The position numbers were made by a program, and so were the translations under genes. 64,000 nt of DNA. Source: an uncultured Chloroflexia bacterium (lineage in GTDB: Bacteria > Chloroflexota > Chloroflexia > Thermomicrobiales > UBA6265). A model generated the notes under the pieces. The model ran no database searches. It was given only the letters and a program-made list of their open reading frames with translations, and was not told where the DNA came from. The stretch lies in assembly GCA_963724295.1 (NCBI GenBank), contig CAVRUC010000007.1, forward strand, positions 256,001 to 320,000, written 5' to 3'. Position 1 is the first letter of the stretch. Every line of letters begins with the position of its first letter. Shown here in pieces: positions 29,459-38,367 of the stretch.

Positions 29459-30799
29459 ATGACGTTCAATCCACACACCGATAGCGATCGCGTCGCAATG
29501 CTGGAAGCGACAGGCATGAACGCGGTCGATGAGCTCTTCACCGCCGTTCCGCAACGTGTTCGGTTTCCAGCGCTCGAATTGCCCCCGGTGCTCACGGAGC
29601 TCGAGGCTACCGATCAGCTTGGGGCGTTCGCGGCTCGAAACACGGCACCCCCGGCCCAAGACGTCTACCTCGGTGCGGGATCCTATCGGCACTTCATCCC
29701 AGCGGCCGTGGGACAAATCCTGGCGCGCGGCGAGTTCTACACCGCCTACACGCCATACCAACCGGAAGTCTCCCAGGGCACCCTGCAAGTGATCTACGAG
29801 TTTCAGAGTCTCGTGGCGGCTTTGACAGGGATGGACGTGGCCAACGCCTCGATGTACGACGGCGCAACCGCGCTCGCCGAGGGCGCATTGATGACGGTTT
29901 CGAGCTCCCGCGGACGGCGCCGGATCGTTATCTCCGCGACCGTTCACCCGGCATACCGCGACGTCCTTCGCACCTATCTCGAAGGTCTCAACCTCGATCT
30001 CGTGGAAGTTCCCCTGACCAACCCGGGATTCATGACGACTCCAGACGACATCGCTCCCTACCTCACAGACGATCTTGCCTGCGTCGTGGTCCAGTACCCA
30101 AACTTCTATGGCGGCATCGAGGACATCGCGGCCCTTGCGGATCTCGCGCACGGGCGCGGTGGCGCCCTCGTGGTGAGCACGTACCCTGTTCCGCTCGGAC
30201 TGCTTCAGCCTCCGGGTGATCTCGGAGCCGACGTGGTCGCCGCGGAGGGACAGGCACTCGGCGTTCCACAAGGGTATGGCGGCCCATATGTCGGGCTCCT
30301 CGCTTCACGCCAGTCCTTTGTGAGGCAGATGCCCGGGCGACTGGCCGGGATGACGACGGATTCCGAAGGTCAGAGAGGCTTCGTGCTGACCTTGCAGACG
30401 CGCGAACAGCACATCCGGCGAGAGAAAGCGACCTCCAATATCTGTACGAATCAAGGGTTGATGGCGACTGCCGCCACCGTCTACATGGCGACGCTCGGTC
30501 CGGAAGGCTTCCGGGAGGTGGCGCGCCGGAGCTATCAGAACGCGCATTACCTTGCGGAACGGGTCAGCGAGGTACCGGGGTACACGCTGGCCACGGGCGG
30601 ACCATTCTTCCATGAGTTCGTCGTTTCGACTCCCAGTCCAGCGCACGAAGTCCTCGCCCATCTGCTTGAGCACGGCATTCACGGCGGATTCGATCTCGGC
30701 AAGGTCGATCCGACACTCGATCGCTCGCTGCTGATGTGCGCGACCGAGACGAACACGAAACAGGGAATCGACCGTCTGGTAGAGGCCCTGCCGCGCTAG
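29459..30799 (+). CDS. gcvPA: Glycine dehydrogenase subunit 1
   Basis: YTAYTPYQPEVSQG, NASMYDGA, REQHIRREKATSNICTNQ. Confidence 0.97.
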   Translation: MTFNPHTDSDRVAMLEATGMNAVDELFTAVPQRVRFPALELPPVLTELEATDQLGAFAARNTAPPAQDVYLGAGSYRHFIPAAVGQILARGEFYTAYTPYQPEVSQGTLQVIYEFQSLVAALTGMDVANASMYDGATALAEGALMTVSSSRGRRRIVISATVHPAYRDVLRTYLEGLNLDLVEVPLTNPGFMTTPDDIAPYLTDDLACVVVQYPNFYGGIEDIAALADLAHGRGGALVVSTYPVPLGLLQPPGDLGADVVAAEGQALGVPQGYGGPYVGLLASRQSFVRQMPGRLAGMTTDSEGQRGFVLTLQTREQHIRREKATSNICTNQGLMATAATVYMATLGPEGFREVARRSYQNAHYLAERVSEVPGYTLATGGPFFHEFVVSTPSPAHEVLAHLLEHGIHGGFDLGKVDPTLDRSLLMCATETNTKQGIDRLVEALPR

Positions 30800-30950
30800 G
30801 GCCGGGCTCTAGGCGCTCAATCGAGATTCGAGGCGACGGGACTGTTATACTCGCTCGCTGTCGTGCGTTCCGGCCCTCAGGTCTCGGGCGCCAGGGGAGA
30901 GCCGGGGCGGAACCGCCCCGTGCTCGGCGTGCTGTGTTCACGGAGCGCTC

Positions 30951-32288
30951 GTGGCAAAACCAATCGTTGCAATCGTCGGTCGGCCAAACGTGGGCAAGTC
31001 CACGCTGTTCAACCGCTTGATCGGTGAACGGCGCGCCATCGTCGAGGACGAGCCGGGGACAACCCGCGACCGCGTCTATGGCACGACCGACTGGGGCGGA
31101 GTCGAGTTCACGCTTGTCGATACGGGCGGTCTGCAGGACGACCAGGAAGTCGAAACCGAATCGTTCACCCAGATCGCCCACCACACGCGCGAGCAGGCCC
31201 ACGTCGCCATCGGCGAAGCCGATGTCATCGTCTTCATGGTGGACGCGCGGACAGGGGTCAACGCGGGTGATCATGAAGTCGCCGACATGCTGCGGCGCGC
31301 CGACAAGCCGACGATTCTCGTGGCGAACAAGGCCGACAGTCTGGCCCGCCGTGACGCCGCGGTCGATTTTTACGAGCTCGGTCTCGGGGATCCGATCGCC
31401 ATCTCGTCGTATCACGGAAGTGGCACCGGCGACCTGCTCGATCGGGTGGTGGAAGCGCTTCCCGAGGCCGAGCACGAAGAGGAGCCGGAGGGCCCGGCTA
31501 TCGCGATCGTGGGGCGGCCGAATGTCGGCAAGAGCCGGCTGCTCAACGCGCTGCTGGGCCAGGAGCGATCGATCGTCAGCGACGTCCCGGGGACGACCCG
31601 CGACTCGCTCGATACAGTGTTCGTCTGGGCTGGTCAGCCCATCACGCTGATCGACACGGCCGGTATCCGGCGCCGGGGCCGAATCGATCGTGGCATCGAG
31701 CAATACAGTGTCCTGCGGTCGATGCGCGCGATCGACCGCGCGGACGTCGTGCTGCTGGTCATCGACGCGACCGAGGGCTTCACCTCCCAGGATCTTCACA
31801 TCGCCGGATATATCGCCGAGCAAAAGAAGGGCGTTGTCGTCGTCGTCAACAAGTGGGACCTGATCGAGAAGGACTCCTCGACAATGGAGGAGTACCGGCA
31901 GCAAGCGGGGGCGGCGCTCGACTTCATGCCCTACGCGCCGCTGGTCTTCGTCTCCGCGAAGTTCGGGCAACGGGTGCAGCAGGTGATGGATACCGCGCTC
32001 GCGGTGGTGAGCGAGCGCCACAGACGCGTGCCAACAGCCGCGTTGAACAAGATGCTGAAAGAAGCCGTCGCCGCGCACCCGCCGCCGAGCAAACCTGGGA
32101 AATGGCTGAAGTTTTTTTATGCGACCCAGGCCGACGTCTCTCCGCCGACCTTCATTCTCTTCATGAATGATCCGACGCAGATCCACTTTTCGTACCGGCG
32201 GTACCTGGAAAACAAGCTGCGCGAGACGTTCGGTTTCACCGGTACCGCGATCAGGATGAGTTTCCGCGGGCGGGACGAAGGTCGCTGA
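30951..32288 (+). CDS. der: Ribosome biogenesis GTPase Der
   Basis: Two GRPNVGKS P-loops, GTTRD twice, KH-like C-terminus. Confidence 0.98.
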   Translation: MAKPIVAIVGRPNVGKSTLFNRLIGERRAIVEDEPGTTRDRVYGTTDWGGVEFTLVDTGGLQDDQEVETESFTQIAHHTREQAHVAIGEADVIVFMVDARTGVNAGDHEVADMLRRADKPTILVANKADSLARRDAAVDFYELGLGDPIAISSYHGSGTGDLLDRVVEALPEAEHEEEPEGPAIAIVGRPNVGKSRLLNALLGQERSIVSDVPGTTRDSLDTVFVWAGQPITLIDTAGIRRRGRIDRGIEQYSVLRSMRAIDRADVVLLVIDATEGFTSQDLHIAGYIAEQKKGVVVVVNKWDLIEKDSSTMEEYRQQAGAALDFMPYAPLVFVSAKFGQRVQQVMDTALAVVSERHRRVPTAALNKMLKEAVAAHPPPSKPGKWLKFFYATQADVSPPTFILFMNDPTQIHFSYRRYLENKLRETFGFTGTAIRMSFRGRDEGR

Positions 32289-32289
32289 C

Positions 32290-32907
32290 GTGCCGGGCCC
32301 GCTGGCCGGCGTGGCACTGGTCGTTGCGTCATTTCTGATTGGTGCGATTCCGTGGGGCTATCTCGTCGGCAAGGCGAGCCGCGGCATCGACCTGCGGGCG
32401 GTCGGCAGCGGCGGCACCGGGGCCACCAACGTGCTGCGCGCCATGGGGCCGCGAGCATCGGCTATCGTCGCATTGCTCGATATCCTGAAGGGACTGCTGC
32501 CCGTCCTCTTTGCCAGGTCGGCCGGGTTCGACGCGATTTGGGTGGCCACCGCGGCTGTGGCTACGGTCGCCGGGCACTGTTGGTCGCCGTTCATCGGATT
32601 CAAGGGTGGGAAAGGTGTCGCTACGGGCGCCGGAGCCGCGATCGCGCTCTTTCCATATGTGCTCGTCATCGTGCCAGTGATGGCCCTCGTGGTCTGGACG
32701 ACGAAGTACGTCTCGCTCGGCTCGTTGATCGCCGCCGGATTTGGCTCGCTGCTCGCAGTCGTCTGGGCGGCCGCGGGCAAGCTCGAATGGCCGTTCGCCA
32801 TCGCCATTGTGGCCATCGCGGGAATCATCGCGGTTCGCCACGAGGGGAACATTCGGCGTCTCGTGCAGGGTAGCGAGCGGCGGATCGGCGAGACGATCTC
32901 GCTCTAA
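32290..32907 (+). CDS. plsY: Glycerol-3-phosphate acyltransferase
   Basis: GSGGTGATN, GH..PF..FKGGKGVAT, RH.GNIRRL. Confidence 0.95.
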   Translation: MPGPLAGVALVVASFLIGAIPWGYLVGKASRGIDLRAVGSGGTGATNVLRAMGPRASAIVALLDILKGLLPVLFARSAGFDAIWVATAAVATVAGHCWSPFIGFKGGKGVATGAGAAIALFPYVLVIVPVMALVVWTTKYVSLGSLIAAGFGSLLAVVWAAAGKLEWPFAIAIVAIAGIIAVRHEGNIRRLVQGSERRIGETISL

Positions 32908-32920
32908 TTGAGTGGAGAGC

Positions 32921-32944
32921 GGGCGACGCAGGCGTCGCCCCTAC
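32921..32944 (-). repeat. GTAG-family REP palindrome (intact copy)
   Basis: GTAG-GGGCGACGC-CT-GCGTCGCCC on the minus strand; same palindrome at 38144-38165. Confidence 0.8.
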
Positions 32945-32999
32945 AGGGGTGCGGGACCAATTCCCCTCGACAGCGCGTGAGATTCGTCACGACACGCAC

Positions 33000-34008
33000 T
33001 TAGACCGCTCGTCGACTGGCGGCGACCTCATAACCGCCGGGGAATCGCTGTCTCCAGGCCCAGGCCGAGGAGACCATCTCGTCAAGACTCGAGCGCCGCG
33101 GTTGCCAGCCAAGAACTTCCTGCGCCCGCGACGCGTTTGCCACCAGGATGGCCGGGTCACCCGGCCGGCGCTCGGCGTAGATTGTAGGAACCGGGACACC
33201 GGTAACGCGTTCGACGGCGTCGAGGACTTCTCGCACCGACGCGCCTCCCCGCGTACCCAGATTGATGGCACCTAGCAAGGTGCCGCCGGCAACAACATGG
33301 TCGAGAGCCAGTAAATGGGCGTCGATCAGGTCCTCGACGTGAACGTAGTCGCGAATGGCGGTTCCATCGCTCGTCGGAAAGTCCGTGCCGAAGACGGAAA
33401 GTGGTTCGCGCCATCCGGCGGAAGCGTCGAGCGCGCTCGGGATCAGATGGGTCTCCGGCCGGTGATCTTCGCCGACGTCCCCGGAGGCGCCAGCGACATT
33501 GAAATAGCGCAGTGCGGCGTAGGCGAGACCATAGGCCCCGGCATATGACGCGACGGCCCGCTCGGCGGCGAGCTTGGAGGCGCCGTACGGGTTGATCGGC
33601 TCAAGAGGGGCATCTTCGGCGATGGGGACTCTGAGCGGGATTGCCATAGACCGCGGCAGTCGAAGAGAAGACGATCGCCGATACTCCGGCGTCGCGCATG
33701 GCGTCCAGGACGTTGAGCGTGCCCCCGGTGTTGACCCGCCAGTACGGTGCGGGGTCGCGGACTGACTCGGGCGCGATGGTGAGCGCCGCGAAATGGAGCA
33801 CGGCATCCGGGCGGAATTGATGGAGCGTGGAGGTCACGGCGGAGCGATCGCAGATGTCGATCCGCGCCAGCGGCACGCCATCAGGAAGCGCCTGCTCGTG
33901 GCCATTGATCAGGTTGTCGATGACGACAACATCATCTCCCCGCGCGACAAGGCGCGCGACGGCAGTGCTCCCGATGTACCCGGCGCCTCCGGTGACGGCG
34001 ACTCGCAC
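33000..34008 (-). CDS. galE: UDP-glucose 4-epimerase; apparent frameshift near 33638
   Basis: VTGGAGYIGS and FSSTAAVYG, then PINPYGASK, LRYFN and RDYVHV in the next frame; RBS AGGAGG. Confidence 0.93.
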
Positions 34009-34132
34009 GTTTCCTCCTATCTGCACCCACCTGGGCCGCTTCACGTCCAAGGTCCAGATTGTAGAATCGACGCTGACCGCGCGTTCCCGCTCGACGGACC
34101 GACCGCTACATTGAGCAAGATAGGAGCCACCG

Positions 34133-35398
34133 ATGCTCGAACTGTCGAGAGCGTCCCATCTGGACACTGATGCCGACGTCGCCGGGGCGATCGCGCGTGA
34201 GGAGGGCCGCCAGCGTGATGGGGTAGAGCTGATCGCCTCGGAGAATTTTGTCAGTGGCGCGGTTCTGGAGGCGGTTGGCAGCGTACTGACGAACAAATAC
34301 GCCGAAGGGTATCCGGGGAAGCGGTACTACGGAGGCTGCGAATTCGTCGACGAGGTGGAGCGCCTGGCCATCGAACGAGCGAAGCAATTATTCGGCGCCG
34401 GCCACGCCAACGTGCAACCACATTCCGGCTCGAACGCAAATCTCGCGGCCTACCTCTCATTTCTGGAACCCGGAGACCGGATCCTGGGGCTCAGCTTGGC
34501 GGAAGGCGGTCATCTCACGCACGGCCACGCGGTGAACTACTCGGGACGGCTATTCGAGCCTCATTTCTTCGGGGTCGACGTTACCACCGGCTTGATCGAT
34601 TACGACGAGGTGGCGAGGCGGGCGCAGGAGGTGCGGCCGCGGGCGATCATCGCCGGCGCCAGCGCGTACAGCCGGCAGCTGGACTACGCGCGTTTTCGGG
34701 CGATCGCCGACGACGTGGGCGCGTACCTCTTCGCCGACATCGCACACCCGGCAGGTCTGGTGGCATCGGGATTGCACCCGAGCCCCATCCCGCACGCGCA
34801 CGTCACCATGACGACGACACACAAGACGCTGCGCGGTCCGCGGGGCGGCATGATCCTGTGTGCCGAAGAACACGCCAAGGCGATCGACAAGTCAGTCTTC
34901 CCGGGTCTGCAAGGCGGTCCGTTGATGCACGTGATCGCCGGCAAGGCGGTTGCGCTGGGCGAGGCGCTTTCTCCAGCGTTCCGCGACTACTCCGCGCGGA
35001 TCATCGAGAACGCGCGGGCGATGGCCGCGGAGCTCGCGGAGCGCGGTCTGCCGATCATCTCGGGAGGGACGGACACGCACTTGATGCTGGTCGACGTGGG
35101 AGCGAGAGGTCTCAGCGGGAGCAAGGCCGAAAAACTGCTCGACCACGTCGGAATCACCTGCAACAAGAACACGATCCCGGGAGATACCCGTTCACCGGCG
35201 CAGGCGAGCGGGATTCGCCTGGGAACTCCGGCGGTGACGACGCGCGGGTTCGGGCCCGAGGAATGCCGGGTGGTGGCTGGTTACATCGCCGACATCCTGG
35301 AAGCGCCCGAAGACGAGACCGTTCAGGCTCGGATCGCGGAAGACGTGCGGGGAATGATGGAGCGTTTCTCGCTGCCGGGAGTGCCTCGTCTGAACTGA
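34133..35398 (+). CDS. glyA: Serine hydroxymethyltransferase
   Basis: [34 protein letters not shown]. Confidence 0.98.
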   Translation: MLELSRASHLDTDADVAGAIAREEGRQRDGVELIASENFVSGAVLEAVGSVLTNKYAEGYPGKRYYGGCEFVDEVERLAIERAKQLFGAGHANVQPHSGSNANLAAYLSFLEPGDRILGLSLAEGGHLTHGHAVNYSGRLFEPHFFGVDVTTGLIDYDEVARRAQEVRPRAIIAGASAYSRQLDYARFRAIADDVGAYLFADIAHPAGLVASGLHPSPIPHAHVTMTTTHKTLRGPRGGMILCAEEHAKAIDKSVFPGLQGGPLMHVIAGKAVALGEALSPAFRDYSARIIENARAMAAELAERGLPIISGGTDTHLMLVDVGARGLSGSKAEKLLDHVGITCNKNTIPGDTRSPAQASGIRLGTPAVTTRGFGPEECRVVAGYIADILEAPEDETVQARIAEDVRGMMERFSLPGVPRLN

Positions 35399-35416
35399 GA
35401 GGGAGCGCACGGTGAA

Positions 35417-35440
35417 GGGCACGGCATGCCGTGCCCCTAC
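35417..35440 (-). repeat. GTAG-family REP palindrome (variant)
   Basis: GTAG-GGGCACGGCATGCCGTGCCC on the minus strand. Confidence 0.75.
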
Positions 35441-35544
35441 CAGGCCGCGGCGGGCTGCAATCGTCTCGTGGCCGTCCGTTGTTGCTTTGGTGCAGTCAGG
35501 CGACCGGCAAGCAGGGTGATGATCAGCTCACAGACCCTGAGGAG

Positions 35545-35802
35545 TCACTGCAGGAGCAGCTCGAACCTGAGCTGATCGTGCTCCGACGAGGCGAGTCTTC
35601 GATTTACCAGGTGGTAGAGCCCGACGAGGAAGCCACGAGTGTGGGGACTCAAGGCGGTGCCGACGACGGCGCCCGCGAGCCCACCAACAAGCGTGCCAAG
35701 GATGAATGGGCCGACGCGAGAGCCGGCGGGCCCCTGAGTGGCCGTCGTTGCCGGATCTAGCGGCGAACTCGAATCGGATGGCTGGTCAATGTGTCTCAGC
35801 AC
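35545..35802 (-). CDS. Small membrane protein, YtxH-like
   Basis: FILGTLVGGLAGAVVGTALSP glycine-zipper TM segment; immediately downstream of rsfS. Confidence 0.6.
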   Translation of the reverse strand: MLRHIDQPSDSSSPLDPATTATQGPAGSRVGPFILGTLVGGLAGAVVGTALSPHTRGFLVGLYHLVNRRLASSEHDQLRFELLLQ

Positions 35803-35843
35803 CTGCTCACACTCCCGAAACCGCGGCGCGGGTCACCGTCGAC

Positions 35844-36245
35844 TCACTGAATGGCCAGAAGCGTCGGCGCCTCGGCCCATAGATCTTCCAGGCGGTAGAA
35901 GTCCCGCTGGTCCTCGGAGAAGATGTGGACGAGCACGTCCCCGAAGTCGAGCACGATCCAGCCGCTGGTGGCAGCGCCTTCGACGCGCTGGGGGCGAATA
36001 CCGGCGTCGGCCATGCGCTCGGCGACGGTGCGATTGATGGCGCGCAGCTGACGCTCGTTGGCGCCGGCCGTGATCACGAAGTAGTCGGCAAACGGTGATA
36101 GCTCGTGGATGTCGAGCACGACGGTATCGCGAGCCGGTGTGTCGCTGATGATGTCCGCCAGGAGCAGGGCTCGCTCTCGCCCCGCTTCAGGCGTTGCGGT
36201 GCTGCCGGCTGTTCCGACCCCCTCGAGTTCGACCTCTGGCGACAC
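35844..36245 (-). CDS. rsfS: Ribosome silencing factor
   Basis: DYFVI, RQLRAI, WIVLDFGDVLVHIF, FYRLEDLW. Confidence 0.95.
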   Translation of the reverse strand: MSPEVELEGVGTAGSTATPEAGRERALLLADIISDTPARDTVVLDIHELSPFADYFVITAGANERQLRAINRTVAERMADAGIRPQRVEGAATSGWIVLDFGDVLVHIFSEDQRDFYRLEDLWAEAPTLLAIQ

Positions 36246-36282
36246 CCGTTGCTCCTGAAATAGCCGCGAGACTGGCGAAACG

Positions 36283-36357
36283 TGGTGGGCCCGGCAGGGA
36301 TCGAACCTGCGACCCTGGGGTTATGAGCCCCGTGCTCTACCACTGAGCTACAGGCCC
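36283..36357 (-). tRNA. tRNA with CAT anticodon, probably tRNA-Ile2 (lysidine)
   Basis: GGGCCTG acceptor (G1-C72, C4-G69, C5-G68), CTCATAA loop, encoded CCA. Confidence 0.88.
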
Positions 36358-36532
36358 ACGGCTGACGGTGACGCTCCACTGCACATGCGGTCGACGAATG
36401 ACGCGGCCGGGGCACATCGGCCGTCATCCGCACGGCACGGCTGAATTGTACAGAAGTTGTGTCAGCCGGCATCGGCTATTGGTTACTGGCTATCGGTAGT
36501 TCGGGAGCTGGGTCATGGGGGGTGGGCCGATC

Positions 36533-36990
36533 TTACTGAACTTCTGAGGGATCGGGGTGGCCGGGAAGTTCGACGGCGCTCGCAGTGGACGACCAGACCC
36601 AACGACCGCCTGCGACCCGCTCCTTGCCAATGCGCACGCCTTCGAGCTTTCGGGCGGCATAGAGAAGATCGCGACCGAGACCGGCTTCGCTGGCCTCGCG
36701 CAAGATTTCTCGGCCGGGGCGGGGGCCCTCGGCGAGGGCGGCGCGCAGCCACTCCTGGGACTCGGTGAGGAGCGAGCGCGGCGCGACTCCGGGGGCAGAT
36801 TCGCGCAGCAACTGGTCTCCCTTCCAGTCACTCTCGCCGTCCCAAACGACGCGGGCAACGTGGCTATCGGTAGCAGCTAAGGCGGAATGCCAGCGAGGGC
36901 GGGGGGCGGCCCAGGTTGTCTTTGGTCGAGGCCAGAATGCGGCGCTCGGGATTGTCGGGATCGGCGGCGAGGTCAACGGCGAGGGATATG
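36533..36990 (-). pseudogene. C-terminal remnant of a mobile-element AAA/RepA-type helicase
   Basis: DPDNPERRILASTKDNLGRPPPSLAFR / ARVVWDGES..EWLRAALAEGPRP..EAGL..AARKLEGV..GGRWVW split by a frameshift; no N-terminus; downstream of tRNA-Gly. Confidence 0.65.
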
Positions 36991-37119
36991 ACCGGTGGCG
37001 GCTCAATTTGCCTTCGTTTGAGGGGCTTCGTGGAATATTCCGTGGAACGAGAGCGGGTGCGGCCAGCGGCAGCCACCGGCATCGAGCGAAATTCGGCAAG
37101 GTTGCGTGGGTTTCAGGGG

Positions 37120-37192
37120 AGCGGGGGACGAGACTCGAACTCGCGACAGCCTGCTTGGAAGGCAGGTACTCTACCAACTGAGTTACCCCCGC
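37120..37192 (-). tRNA. tRNA-Gly(TCC)
   Basis: GCGGGGG acceptor, CCTGC-CTTCCAA-GCAGG, TTCGAGT T-loop. Confidence 0.95.
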
Positions 37193-37426
37193 GTTGGTCC
37201 CAGTTAGTGTACGCGTGGCCTGGTTTGGGCGGCAACTGCTGCCGACCGCCGAGCCTGGCGGTGTGCTGGGCGCACCCTGCTGACGCTGACAGTGGATCCT
37301 TGCCGGTACGGCACTTGCGTGTACGGACACCGCGAGGCAATCGCGCTATCGCAGGTTGGTAGTACCCGCAATGCTTCCGGCGCTTCGTTTGGGAAGGGTT
37401 GTCACGGGCTAGATCGAACGGTATTC

Positions 37427-37810
37427 ATGCAGCGTCGTTCCTTGTTTCGCGCCCTGATTGGTGGGGCGCTGGGAGTCTTCGGTAGTCCAGCTCGCGAGGC
37501 ACGCGGGGAAGAGTGGATCATCTCGACCATCTACGATGCGGCCGGCAGACACGGCGTTTCGGGGGACTGGCTGCTCAATACCGCCGTTTGCGAGAGTCAG
37601 CTCGACCCCTGGGCCTACAACGAAATGACCGGCGACGTCGGCCTCTTTCAGTTCAAGCCTTCAACCTGGGCGGAGTGGGGGGCGGATCCGTCCGCCATCT
37701 GGGATGTCTGGAGTCAAGCCGACATGGCGGCCTGGGCGTTTTCGGTCGGCTTGCATTCCCACTGGTGCTGCTCGGGAACGTGGCAAGGCGAAGAATGCAT
37801 CTGGCGGTGA
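37427..37810 (+). CDS. Secreted lysozyme-like/SLT transglycosylase domain protein with twin-arginine-like signal
   Basis: MQRRSLF signal; AVCES catalytic Glu, GLFQF..STW. Confidence 0.8.
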   Translation: MQRRSLFRALIGGALGVFGSPAREARGEEWIISTIYDAAGRHGVSGDWLLNTAVCESQLDPWAYNEMTGDVGLFQFKPSTWAEWGADPSAIWDVWSQADMAAWAFSVGLHSHWCCSGTWQGEECIWR

Positions 37811-38143
37811 CCAGGGCCAGAGATTCCGGGTGTTCAGAGCTTGACGGATGCGCCGCCGGAGGCTCTCGTACGGGCGATGAGCGCAGGTTTCAGGTCGGTA
37901 CGAGTGTGCGCAAGTAACGACGAGAGTCCTCGCAGGCTGCTATGAAAAACTCGCCGAAAAACCCGAACGGACGCGGAACGGGTTTTCATGCCGTGGTGAT
38001 GCCCCACCGGGGCATGCTACTCGGAATGACACGTCTCCCGCGGCAGGCTCGGAATGACGGGTCTCGCGCGGCGCGCTCGACGTTTGTGGTTTGACGTCAT
38101 GCTCAGCGGATGGCGCAGACCGAAACGTCACCCAAGGTGGAGC

Positions 38144-38165
38144 GGGCGACGCAGGCGTCGCCCCT
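38144..38165 (+). repeat. REP palindrome interrupted at its CT core by IS110
   Basis: GGGCGACGCAGGCGTCGCCCCT followed by TGTAAG instead of AC (compare 32921-32944). Confidence 0.8.
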
Positions 38166-38179
38166 TGTAAGTTAGGCAT

Positions 38180-38311
38180 GGAGCTCACGCCCGCGTCGCC
38201 CCTGGGGCCACACGCCCGTTGCGTAGACCGGGGAACTCCGGCGGGCCGGCGCGGCCACCGGACAGTGTCGAGGTCTGCGACGGCCGCTTCACACAAGGCC
38301 GGTGCGCGTCG
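38180..38311 (+). ncRNA. IS110 bridge RNA (predicted)
   Basis: Two internal loops carrying GTCGCCCCT/GTAG (target guides) and ACAGTGTC/ACAAG (donor guides), closed by stems GCCCG/CGGGC and CACCGG/CCGGTG. Confidence 0.85.
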
Positions 38312-38367
38312 CCCGACGGGAGATCGGCTCCATTGTCCCATCCGTGTCCGTGCAAGGAGGATCTCCG

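Noticed and set aside
36471..36498. Degenerate heptamer run (ATCGGCT-like, four copies)
   Set aside because: Too short and degenerate to support a function
37193..37426. c-di-AMP riboswitch before the muralytic gene
   Set aside because: No GCTGAA/GGAACGGGG-type consensus visible
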